This document shows positions 15,701-24,510 of a DNA stretch of 39,903 nucleotides, in pieces. Both the position numbers and the translations under genes were made by a program. The notes beneath the pieces were generated by a model. That model saw only the letters and a program-made list of their open reading frames with translations. It did no database searches and was not told the origin of the DNA. Each line of letters begins with the position of its first letter. Position 1 is the stretch's first letter. The DNA comes from a virus (taxonomy: Duplodnaviria; Caudoviricetes): IMG/VR virus record IMGVR_UViG_3300048861_000044, positions 1 to 39,903 of that record, one strand, 5' to 3'.

Positions 15701-16042
15701 GTGAGCACCTTCGATCCCACAGACCTGCGTGGACAAGAGCGCAATAAGGCAGAGCTAGAAGCCAAACGGCGGCTTGTCCAAGAGGTTGAGAACGAAGACC
15801 TGAAATGGCTCATGGGAAGTAAGCGGGGGCGCCGGATTGTTTGGCGTCTTTTGGAAGAGGCAGGGGTATACCGTATTTCGTTCAACACAAATGCTATGCA
15901 AATGGCCTTTGCTGAAGGGAACAGAAACTACGGAAACAAGCTGCTGAACTCCGTCATGCTGACTTGCCCAGAGCTTTATCCGGTTATGGTGCGAGAGGTC
16001 AAGAATGGCAGAGACGACGGCAACGGACAATCAAACCACTGA
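15701..16042 (+). CDS. Bbp19-like conserved head-module protein
   Basis: DLKWLMGSKRGRRIVWRLLEEAGVYRISF...MAFAEGNRNYG. Confidence 0.8.
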   Translation: MSTFDPTDLRGQERNKAELEAKRRLVQEVENEDLKWLMGSKRGRRIVWRLLEEAGVYRISFNTNAMQMAFAEGNRNYGNKLLNSVMLTCPELYPVMVREVKNGRDDGNGQSNH

Positions 16043-16658
16043 AGCCACCTCCGCAACTGAGGCGCCCGCTACTCTCCTGGCAACGGCCACGGAAGTACCG
16101 AGCACGCAGCAACAGCAAGGTGAACCTGCAAAGACTCAGACAGAATCTGAGGGCTCCAAGCCAGAGGATGGGAAACCAGCAGAGAGCAAGGTAGAGGGAG
16201 CGCCGGAGTCTTACGACTTCAAGGCACCTGAAGGCCATGAGTACGACGCTACTCTGATCGGCTCCTTCTCCGAAGCTGCAAAGGAAGCCAACCTTACGCA
16301 GGACGCCGCGCAAAAGCTATTGGACAAGGTTGCGCCAGCATTGGCCAGCCGCACGCAGGAGCAAATCGCAGAGCTGAAAAACGGGTGGACTGAATCCACC
16401 AAGGCAGACAAGGAAATCGGCGGCGACAAGCTGCAGGAGAACCTTGGGATCGCCAAGAAAGCCTACGACGCTTTTGCTACTCCAGAGCTGCGCAAGCTGT
16501 TCGAGGATACCGGTCTTGGCAATCACCCGGAAGTTATTCGGGCCTTTGTGCGGGCTGGTAAGGCAATCAGCGAGGATTCGTTCGTTTCCGGAAACCCCAA
16601 CCCCAAGGTTGCGGTGAATCCGGCGGATGTCCTCTATCCAACGATGAAAAAGGAGTAG
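16005..16658 (+). CDS. Capsid scaffolding protein
   Basis: Acidic disordered N-terminus, APESYDFKAPEG, LTQDAAQKL, GLGNHPEVIRAF; directly upstream of the MCP. Confidence 0.85.
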   Translation: MAETTATDNQTTEATSATEAPATLLATATEVPSTQQQQGEPAKTQTESEGSKPEDGKPAESKVEGAPESYDFKAPEGHEYDATLIGSFSEAAKEANLTQDAAQKLLDKVAPALASRTQEQIAELKNGWTESTKADKEIGGDKLQENLGIAKKAYDAFATPELRKLFEDTGLGNHPEVIRAFVRAGKAISEDSFVSGNPNPKVAVNPADVLYPTMKKE

Positions 16659-16664
16659 TGAGAC

Positions 16665-17735
16665 ATGGCTAATCTTCCGTCCATAGCAGGGCACGCAACC
16701 CTGATCGACATTGCGAAGTCGTTAGACCCTCAGGGGAAGGTGTTTACAGTAGCCGAACTCCTGAACCAGTCCAACGAACTCATCCAGCAGATGAACTTTA
16801 TCGAGGGCAACCTTCCCACCGGCCACAAGGCTGCTGTGCGCGCAGGCCTCCCGACTGTGATTCTGCGTGAGTTCTACAAAGGTGTTCCCGTCTCGAAGTC
16901 CGGCCGCGCCACCATCGAGGATGTTTGCGCGATGCAGGAAGGCCGCAACGAGATCGACCAGGACATCTGCGAGCTCAACGGCAATACCTCAGCCTTCCGC
17001 ATGAGTGAGGCTCTGGCCTTCATCGAATCGATGAACCAGACCTTTGCCAACCAGGTCATGTACGGCGATACCACCACCAACAAGGATGGAATCCTCGGTC
17101 TGACCCCGCGGTACAACTCGCTGTCGGCTTCAAACCCTAGCAGCCAGAACGTTATCGACGCCGGCGGAACCAGCACGGACAACACTTCGGTGTGGCTCGT
17201 GGTCTGGGGAGCGGAAACGGTCACCGGCATCTATCCCAAGGGATCGAAGGCTGGACTGCTGCAGGAGGATCTGGGCTTGATTGATGCCTTCGACTCCAGC
17301 AACAATCGTTACCGCGCCTATGCAGAGCGCTGGCAGTGGAAGTATGGTCTGCACGTCAAGGACTGGCGCTATGCCGTTCGCATCGCCAACATCGATGTGA
17401 GCGACCTCACTGGACAGACCGGCACGCAGGCAATCACCCAAGCAACCTGGATCAACAAGCTGATGATCAGGGCTCTGGCTCGCATCCCCTCCATGGGTAT
17501 GGGAACGCCGACCTTCCTCGCCAGCCGCACGGTCAAGGAGATGCTGTCCATCGGCGCTCTCGACAAGAGCCAGAACGCGCTCTCGTTCACTCAGGCGGTC
17601 GACCAGTATGGTCGCGTGACTGCCGGCAGTGTGGCGGGATCGGGAACCGGCATCAAGGGTGGCCAGTTGATCTTCCAGGGTGTTCCTGTCCTGACGGTCG
17701 ATCAGATCCTTGCAACCGAAACGCGAGTGGTCTAA
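16665..17735 (+). CDS. Major capsid protein (BPP-1 Bbp17/epsilon15 gp7 type)
   Basis: AELLNQSNE...EGNLPTGH..VRAGLP, FRMSEALAFIESMNQ, SVWLVVWG..GIYPKGSKAG, DWRYAVRIANID. Confidence 0.95.
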   Translation: MANLPSIAGHATLIDIAKSLDPQGKVFTVAELLNQSNELIQQMNFIEGNLPTGHKAAVRAGLPTVILREFYKGVPVSKSGRATIEDVCAMQEGRNEIDQDICELNGNTSAFRMSEALAFIESMNQTFANQVMYGDTTTNKDGILGLTPRYNSLSASNPSSQNVIDAGGTSTDNTSVWLVVWGAETVTGIYPKGSKAGLLQEDLGLIDAFDSSNNRYRAYAERWQWKYGLHVKDWRYAVRIANIDVSDLTGQTGTQAITQATWINKLMIRALARIPSMGMGTPTFLASRTVKEMLSIGALDKSQNALSFTQAVDQYGRVTAGSVAGSGTGIKGGQLIFQGVPVLTVDQILATETRVV

Positions 17736-17764
17736 GAGACCGCAGAAAGAAGAGGAATAAGAAC

Positions 17765-18208
17765 ATGGGAATGCTTGATTCGGAAATCATCTTCTCTGCG
17801 GCTCAGACGGTCACTGCGACCGGCGACACCGCGAGCACCAACGTCTACGACAACGGCGGCGCGAATGGTCAGGGAGACAACGGGCAGACGGGTGAAAACC
17901 TGTGGGTCAATGTCACCGTGAACACCACGGCAACCTCCGGCGGTTCGGCAACCATCCAGGCAGTGCTGCAGGACTCCGCAGATAACGCGACCTTTGCCGA
18001 TGTGGCATCTGGTCCGGTAACTGCGGTAGCCAATGCAACTCTGGGCGCGGTGATCTTACAGCTGCAGCCGCCTCCCGGAATGCGCCGTTACTGGCGTGTT
18101 GCCTATCGCATCGGAACCGCTGTCTTGACTGCTGGCAAGTTCGACGCCTATGTCAGCAACACCATCCAGCGCAACATCGCTCGGCAGTCCGGATTCTCGG
18201 TCGCCTAA
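17765..18208 (+). CDS. Bbp16-like capsid cement protein
   Basis: MLDSEIIFSAAQTVT..ASTNVYD, LQDSADNATF, RRYWRVAY...TAGKFDA; GAGGA RBS; true start 17765 or 17771. Confidence 0.85.
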   Translation: MGMLDSEIIFSAAQTVTATGDTASTNVYDNGGANGQGDNGQTGENLWVNVTVNTTATSGGSATIQAVLQDSADNATFADVASGPVTAVANATLGAVILQLQPPPGMRRYWRVAYRIGTAVLTAGKFDAYVSNTIQRNIARQSGFSVA

Positions 18209-18214
18209 GGAGGA

Positions 18215-18505
18215 ATGACGATGGCACAGGTCAAAGCGAAACGCGCCGTCTACCTCGGATCGCAAGGCTATCGCGCAGAGGGCGAAGTCTTCGATTACGA
18301 GGGACCGGAGCATAAGCACCTCGAGTACCTCGACAAGAAGGAAGAGGCGAAAGGTAAGGGCGAGGATGGTCTGTATGACGACTTCACTCGGGAAGAACTC
18401 AAAGCAGAGCTTGCTGAACGCGATATTGATTTCGCCCCGAATGCCCAAGACAAGAAGCTGATCTCTCTTCTCGAAGAGGATGACGACAAAAAGAAAGGCT
18501 CCTAG
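18215..18505 (+). CDS. Small protein with C-terminal HeH/LEM-like helical domain
   Basis: TREELKAELAERDIDFAPNAQDKKLISLL; AAGGAGG RBS. Confidence 0.7.
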   Translation: MTMAQVKAKRAVYLGSQGYRAEGEVFDYEGPEHKHLEYLDKKEEAKGKGEDGLYDDFTREELKAELAERDIDFAPNAQDKKLISLLEEDDDKKKGS

Positions 18506-18522
18506 CGCAAGCGAGGAAGCAC

Positions 18523-18560
18523 AAGGGGGCCGATGGCTTTATCGCGTCGGCCCTTTTCTT
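18523..18560 (+). terminator. Intrinsic terminator after the capsid genes
   Basis: GGGCCGATG...CGTCGGCCC hairpin followed by TTTTCTT. Confidence 0.75.
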
Positions 18561-18580
18561 CATTACCAAAGAGGTGAAGC

Positions 18581-19261
18581 GTGGCAAGTGCCGTTGATAT
18601 CGCAAATCTAGCGTTAGCCAACCTCGGCGATCCCGCAACGGTTTCCAGTTTGAGCCCGCCTGACGGTTCGGCGCAGGCCCAGCACTGTGCGCGCTTCTAT
18701 CCCATCGCACGCACATCCGCGATTGAGCAGGCTGCATGGGACTTCGCTTCAACCCGCGCCTATCTCGCTCTGGTGAGTAACCCCTGGTCTATGTGGCGCT
18801 ATGCCTATGCCATGCCGAGCAATGCTCTGAGCGTGATTTCCATCCTGCCGAAAGAGGCAATAAGCGACTACTCAGAGCGTGCATGCGCGCCCGATGGGTT
18901 CATTCAATGGCCGGCGGGATACTTCCCACCTTCGGCTGATTCGATCTATACGCCGCAACCATTCTCTATCGAGACATTCAACGGCCAGCTCGTCATCCTC
19001 ACAGATGTCTGTGACGCGGTAGCGCGCTATACCTTCGACGTCTCGGATACGACCAAGTTCTCCGGACTGTTCACCGAAGCTCTGGCGTGGAAGCTGGCTT
19101 CGATGCTGGCTGGTCCGATGATCAAGGGAGATGCGGGCGCTGCGCAGGCTGTTCGATGCATGCAGATGTTCAATGTAATCAAAGGGCAGGCAGAATCTTC
19201 AGACGCGAACCAGCGCCAGATCAAACCACATGTAGCAACACCCTGGATTGTAGGTCGATAA
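18581..19261 (+). CDS. Tail tubular protein A / head-tail adaptor (T7 gp11-like)
   Basis: VDIANLALANLG...CARFYP...WDFA...YAYAMP...FTEALAWKLA. Confidence 0.88.
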   Translation: MASAVDIANLALANLGDPATVSSLSPPDGSAQAQHCARFYPIARTSAIEQAAWDFASTRAYLALVSNPWSMWRYAYAMPSNALSVISILPKEAISDYSERACAPDGFIQWPAGYFPPSADSIYTPQPFSIETFNGQLVILTDVCDAVARYTFDVSDTTKFSGLFTEALAWKLASMLAGPMIKGDAGAAQAVRCMQMFNVIKGQAESSDANQRQIKPHVATPWIVGR

Positions 19262-21601
19262 ATGGCGAACACGAAGACCTACAGCCGATCATTTGCCGGT
19301 GGCGAGATTTCCCCCGCCATGTTCGGGCGCATCGACGATGCCAAGTTCCAGACCGGCGCGGCAACCATGCGTAACTTCATCGCTACCCCACAAGGTCCAG
19401 CGGAGAACCGGCCTGGTTTCGCTTATGTGAACTCGACAAAAAACAATGGTGTCGCTCGCCTCATCCCGTTTGTCTATAACACCGATCAGACGATGGTGAT
19501 TGAGTTGGGTGCGGGGTATATCCGCTTTCACACGAATGGGCAGACTTTGGTGACGGGTTCTATCCCCCCGATCCCTTACGAAGTGGTCTCGCCGTATGGC
19601 CAGAGCGCCTTGTTTGACATCCATTACGTTCAAAGCGCAGATGTCATGACGCTGGTCCATCCCACTTATCCGCCGATGGAGCTAAGGCGTTTAGGCGCCT
19701 TGAACTGGACGCTGACGGCGATCAACTTCGGGACCACGATCAATCCTCCGGCATCGGTCAATGTGACACCCAGCCCTGGCTACCTAGCCCGAATAGTGAA
19801 TGTCACGCTCGCAAACCCTGCCGTTATCACGACTGCGGCCAGTCACACGCTTGCCTTGGGTGACGGGATCTATATTGACGAACTGACCGCAGTGATCGGT
19901 GGCAATCCGGTGGATCTGAGTGGCTTCTATCTCGTCAACCTGGTTCCAGTGGATACCGATGGAAACCTGATCCCGAATGAACTTCAGGTCATGGACTACA
20001 ACGGCAACATCCTCGATTCTTCGGGATGGGACTCATGGGGAGGCGGGGGAACGATCCAGTACGGTGACAAGATCTATGACATCACGAACTACTATGCCGT
20101 GTCTGCGATCAACCAGAATGGCGTGGATGAGAGCCTTCTGTCCGCGCAGGTCTCAGCCCTCGATAACCTGAACGTTCCGGGCAGCTACAACACCATCACC
20201 TGGTCAGCGGTCCCTGGCGCGCTGCGCTACTACGTCTATAAGCAGAAGAATGGGCTGTGGGGATACATCGGCGAGACGACGGCGCTGCAGTTTGTCGACA
20301 ACAATATTGCCCCTGACATGAGTATCACGCCGCCGAACACCGATGATCTGTTTGATGGGGCAGGGAACTACCCCGGCGCGACCTCTTACTTTGAACAGCG
20401 GCGATGCTTCGCGGGCACAGTGAACGGCCCGCAAAATGTCTGGATGTCGAACTCGGGAACAGAGAGCACGTTCACCTATTCGCTGCCGGTTCAGGACTCT
20501 GATCGTATCTCCTTCCGTGTCGCCTCCCGCGAGTCCAGTACGATCCGGCACATCATCCCGCTCACGCAGATGGTTCTTCTGACCAGTTCGGGAGAGTTTG
20601 CGGTCAACTCCGGCTCGAACGACGCTTTGACGCCTTCGAACATCTGGTGTCGTCAGCAGTCCTATGTGGGCTCGTCCAATGTGCAGCCTACGATCATCAA
20701 TAACTCGCTGGTCTACTGCGCGGCGCGTGGCGGCCATGTGCGCGAGCTCGGCTATTCGTGGCAGTCCAATGGATTTGTAACAGGTGACCTCTCGCTGAGG
20801 GCTATCCACCTGTTCGACAACCTCACGCTGGTGGATCAGGCGTTTATGAAATCCCCGCGCCAGATTGTGTGGTTCATATCGAGCAACGGTGATCTTCTGG
20901 GCCTGACGTATATCCCAGAGGAACAGATAGGCGCATGGCATCACCATGACACGGATGGAGTCTTTGAGAGCATCGCGTGTGTGGCCGAAGGAAACGAGGA
21001 CCGTCTTTACGCGGTCATTCGCCGTACTGTAAATGGACAGACGGTGCGATATGTAGAGCGCATGGCGAGTCGATTGATCACAGATCTGGCGTCCTGCTTC
21101 TTTGTGGATGCCGGATACACCATCTCCGGCGGGTTCATTACTACTGTCACCGGCCTGGACTGGCTGGAAGGCGAGACGGTAGCCGTGCTGGCGGACGGGG
21201 CTGTTCAGAATCAAAAAGTGGTCACCCATGGCGCGATCACGCTAGACCACCCAGCTTCGAAGGTTACAGTTGGCCTGCCGTATCAATCAGACCTGCAAAC
21301 GGTTCCTTTGACCCTACAGATTGACGGATATGGGCAGGGAACGCAGAAAAACATCAACAAGTGCTGGGTGAGGGTCTACCAGTCAAGTGGCCTCTTTGTT
21401 GGACCCACGGAGGACATGCTGACCGAAGCATTGCAACGCACGACGGAGCCATACGGGACACCGCCATCGCTGAGGGATGGAGAGATCGAAGTCACAGTTT
21501 TGCCATGGTGGCAGCCCAACGGGCAGATATTCATCAGGCAGAATAACCCGCTTCCGCTGTCGGTTACGGGCCTCACCATGTCAGTTGCGATAGGAGGATA
21601 A
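19262..21601 (+). CDS. Tail tubular protein B / nozzle (T7 gp12-like)
   Basis: SFAGGEISP.MFGRID, RLIPF, YVQSADV, YPGATSYFEQRRCFAG, AWHHHDTDG, QNNPLPLSV. Confidence 0.92.
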   Translation: MANTKTYSRSFAGGEISPAMFGRIDDAKFQTGAATMRNFIATPQGPAENRPGFAYVNSTKNNGVARLIPFVYNTDQTMVIELGAGYIRFHTNGQTLVTGSIPPIPYEVVSPYGQSALFDIHYVQSADVMTLVHPTYPPMELRRLGALNWTLTAINFGTTINPPASVNVTPSPGYLARIVNVTLANPAVITTAASHTLALGDGIYIDELTAVIGGNPVDLSGFYLVNLVPVDTDGNLIPNELQVMDYNGNILDSSGWDSWGGGGTIQYGDKIYDITNYYAVSAINQNGVDESLLSAQVSALDNLNVPGSYNTITWSAVPGALRYYVYKQKNGLWGYIGETTALQFVDNNIAPDMSITPPNTDDLFDGAGNYPGATSYFEQRRCFAGTVNGPQNVWMSNSGTESTFTYSLPVQDSDRISFRVASRESSTIRHIIPLTQMVLLTSSGEFAVNSGSNDALTPSNIWCRQQSYVGSSNVQPTIINNSLVYCAARGGHVRELGYSWQSNGFVTGDLSLRAIHLFDNLTLVDQAFMKSPRQIVWFISSNGDLLGLTYIPEEQIGAWHHHDTDGVFESIACVAEGNEDRLYAVIRRTVNGQTVRYVERMASRLITDLASCFFVDAGYTISGGFITTVTGLDWLEGETVAVLADGAVQNQKVVTHGAITLDHPASKVTVGLPYQSDLQTVPLTLQIDGYGQGTQKNINKCWVRVYQSSGLFVGPTEDMLTEALQRTTEPYGTPPSLRDGEIEVTVLPWWQPNGQIFIRQNNPLPLSVTGLTMSVAIGG

Positions 21602-22300
21602 ATGGTCTCGTTTCTCACGGATAGTTGGACCGATCTCGAAAAGTTCTTTGGCATCGGAGGCGAGACGACGGCAAATACTGTCGGCATGACTCCTACGCAA
21701 TCCAAGGTTGCCACAACTGCGTCGACGGTCAAGAACCTCGGTCTGCTCACCACGGTCATGGGTGGGATCAATAGCGCCATAGGCAGCTACTACGCCGCGC
21801 AGACCGCGCAGTACCAGGCGAAGTCTCAAGCCAGCAGCCTCAACTTCCAGTCGGACATGGCGGCCCTGAATGCGCATCAGGCAGAGTTGAGCGCGCAGTC
21901 TATCCAGGAGCAGGGCAAGACGCAGGTTGCACAGTACACCATGAAGTATGGGCAGGATCGCGCCGCTGCGGTGACCAGCATGGCGGCTCGAGGGGTTGCG
22001 CTGGGCGAGGGCAGCTCGAAGGAAGTTCTGGCTTCCATGGACCTGGTCAAGGATATCGATGTCCTGACAATCAACTCCAACGCCACACGCGCCGCATGGA
22101 GTGAGCGCACGGCCGCGACCAACTACAGCAACCAGTCTCTGATCGATCGCACCTCGGCGGCTAACGCGAATCGTACCGCCGGCAGCATCAGCCCTGGCCT
22201 AGCAGTGGGGACCAGTCTTTTGAACAGCGCTACGGGCGTAGCAAGCCAGTGGGATTGGCGGCGCAGGCTGTCGCTGTCCACAGCAGGAGGAATGAACTAG
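21602..22300 (+). CDS. Internal virion (ejection) protein, T7 gp14-like position
   Basis: Ala/Ser/Gln-rich helical protein with AARGVALGEGS motif, first gene after the nozzle. Confidence 0.75.
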   Translation: MVSFLTDSWTDLEKFFGIGGETTANTVGMTPTQSKVATTASTVKNLGLLTTVMGGINSAIGSYYAAQTAQYQAKSQASSLNFQSDMAALNAHQAELSAQSIQEQGKTQVAQYTMKYGQDRAAAVTSMAARGVALGEGSSKEVLASMDLVKDIDVLTINSNATRAAWSERTAATNYSNQSLIDRTSAANANRTAGSISPGLAVGTSLLNSATGVASQWDWRRRLSLSTAGGMN

Positions 22301-24502
22301 ATGCCAAGGGTCCCTGATAGTTTCGTGCCGAGCGTTGGTCAGACGGCGATGAATCCCACGCCGGTTCAGGCGCCGAATGTGCTGCCCATGCAGAACCGCA
22401 ACCCGGAGCAGGTTGAGCAGTTGGGGCAGACCTTGCAGCAGGCCGGTGGACTGGAGTTCCGCACCGGGCAAACCATTGGCGACCGTGTACAGGAGCAGAT
22501 GGACGATGCGAACACCAAAGCTGCGGAAACCTCGTTCCTGCAGTCGTCTCAGAGCATTCTCAATGACCCGGATAAAGGCTACTTTCGCCAGCAAGGCAAA
22601 AACGCGGTGGATCAGTATCAGCCAACGCAGGAAGCCCTGGTAAAGGCTGGAAACGATGCGCAGGCTGGGCTGACCAACTCTATCCAGAAACAGATGTTCA
22701 AGCAGGTCCTACAGTCTCACCTGCTGTCTTTCGGTAAGCAGATGGCCGACTACAACCACGGCCAGAGCGTGGCCTATGCCGCGGGCGAGTCGAAGGCGCG
22801 AGCGGACAGCTACCAGCTTCTATCCCTCAGTGCGGCTGGCAGCCGCTACCAGACAGATGAGAACGGAGCTCCAACGGGAGACTTCGCCAAGTACACGAAG
22901 CAGATGGAGCAGGAAGTCCTGAAGACGGCGGCTCTCTCGGGTTTCGATCCTGACTCTGCGCAGGCGAAGTCTATGCTGCGAGAGCAGTACACAGCACTGA
23001 ACCACGCCATGATCGCCCAATTGCTGGACAATCACGACGCCTACGGCGCCAAGAAGTGGTTCGATGAGCAGTCGGCGGCGGGGAATATCGACCTTCGCGA
23101 CACAGCTGCCCTCGGCAACGCGGTGAAAGTTGAGTACGACAGGCAGCAGACCATTGACCTGGCGGATCGGGCTATCTCTGGCTCACTCACTGGCGGTAAA
23201 GATCCAGTCACGCTCACCATGCCGGTATCGGGCAGCAGCATCAACGTCACGGCTGGGTTGGGCGAACCTCGCTCCGGTGGACGCTCCCATGACGGCATCG
23301 ATATTGCTGTCCCGGTTGGTACGCAGGTGACGGCGCCGGCGGCGGGTAAGGTGCTCAAGGTATGGAACGATGACAAGTTCGGAGGTGGTCTGTCGGTGGA
23401 GTTGCAGCTTCCCAATGGTATGACGGCGGGCTTCGCGCATCTCTCCGCGGCCAATGTGCGCGAGGGTGACGAACTTCAGCAGGGCTCGCAGCTGGGGCTA
23501 TCGGGTAAGTCTGGGAACGCAACCGGCCCAACTCTGCACTACATGATGAAGGACGCAGACGGTAAATATGTGGATCCGCGTCAGGTGAGCCAGCCTCAGC
23601 CGAACAAGGAAGGCATCGCAGACCCGGATTCGCTGGAGCGGGCACGGCAGTACATCATGGACAGCGATGCGGCCCCCGAGATCAAGAAAGGCGCCATCGC
23701 ACAGGTACAGACGGCCCACAGCCAGTACCGCGCCATACAGACGCAGCAATATGAGGATATGAAGCAGAAGGCAACGGATATCTTCTTTCAGTCGGGCGGG
23801 AACTATAACGCCATCCCCGGTTCGATCAGGACGCAGCTCCGGCCCGAAGACGCCTACAAGTTTCAGAAGGGCATTCCGACAGAGGACGATGTTGCGACAC
23901 AGGAAGCCTTCATCTTGCATCCCGAGAACCAGACCGTGGATTGGGTTCAGAGGCACAAGATGGACCTCAGCAAGGGTACATTCATCAGCTATCTGACGAA
24001 GGCGCAGAACGATGCGAACTCCCCAGACAAAGAGCGGAACGCCGCGCTCGACAACACGCAGATGGATGACATCCTGTACAAGAACGGGTTTGAGAACCTT
24101 GTGAATCCGAAGGGCGATGATGATAAGGCAGCCGCGGTGGCGCTGAAGTCGCGCATCATGGATCAGTTTGTCTCGGAGCAGAACTCGACAAAGACGCCAC
24201 TTACGCGTGACCGCAAGGCCCAGATCATCCGTCAGACGGTATCGGATCAGGTCTCGGTCCATCGCTCCATCCTGTTTGATAAAACTGCCGTTCCCGTCAT
24301 TGGCCTAACCCCAGACCAGGCGCAGAACGCCTACGTCACGGTTGGGAACCAGAAGGTCAAACTGGCGTCGATACCCATGCAGGATCAGATGCAGATTACC
24401 GGGGCTCTCCGGCGCACCAACCAGCCTGTCACGCAGCAGAACATTGCTACTTATTGGGTAGAGGCACAGAAGCGCAAGGGCAAGACAGTACCGACCTTCT
24501 AA
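22301..24502 (+). CDS. Internal virion (ejection) protein with an embedded M23 peptidase-like domain
   Basis: HDGIDIAVPVGTQVTAPAAGKV...FAHLS...GKSGNATGPTLHY...VDP. Confidence 0.85.
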   Translation: MPRVPDSFVPSVGQTAMNPTPVQAPNVLPMQNRNPEQVEQLGQTLQQAGGLEFRTGQTIGDRVQEQMDDANTKAAETSFLQSSQSILNDPDKGYFRQQGKNAVDQYQPTQEALVKAGNDAQAGLTNSIQKQMFKQVLQSHLLSFGKQMADYNHGQSVAYAAGESKARADSYQLLSLSAAGSRYQTDENGAPTGDFAKYTKQMEQEVLKTAALSGFDPDSAQAKSMLREQYTALNHAMIAQLLDNHDAYGAKKWFDEQSAAGNIDLRDTAALGNAVKVEYDRQQTIDLADRAISGSLTGGKDPVTLTMPVSGSSINVTAGLGEPRSGGRSHDGIDIAVPVGTQVTAPAAGKVLKVWNDDKFGGGLSVELQLPNGMTAGFAHLSAANVREGDELQQGSQLGLSGKSGNATGPTLHYMMKDADGKYVDPRQVSQPQPNKEGIADPDSLERARQYIMDSDAAPEIKKGAIAQVQTAHSQYRAIQTQQYEDMKQKATDIFFQSGGNYNAIPGSIRTQLRPEDAYKFQKGIPTEDDVATQEAFILHPENQTVDWVQRHKMDLSKGTFISYLTKAQNDANSPDKERNAALDNTQMDDILYKNGFENLVNPKGDDDKAAAVALKSRIMDQFVSEQNSTKTPLTRDRKAQIIRQTVSDQVSVHRSILFDKTAVPVIGLTPDQAQNAYVTVGNQKVKLASIPMQDQMQITGALRRTNQPVTQQNIATYWVEAQKRKGKTVPTF

Positions 24503-24510
24503 AGAGGATT

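Noticed and set aside
17336-17764. Long open -1 frame upstream of the cement gene suggesting an MCP-cement frameshift fusion like T7 10B
   Set aside because: No canonical slippery heptamer seen near the MCP end; the cement gene has its own RBS; this frame is often open at high GC3
20204-21229. 341-aa minus-strand ORF, and similar ones at 11413-12072 and 23498-24262
   Set aside because: Antisense shadows of well-supported structural genes with no motifs or RBS
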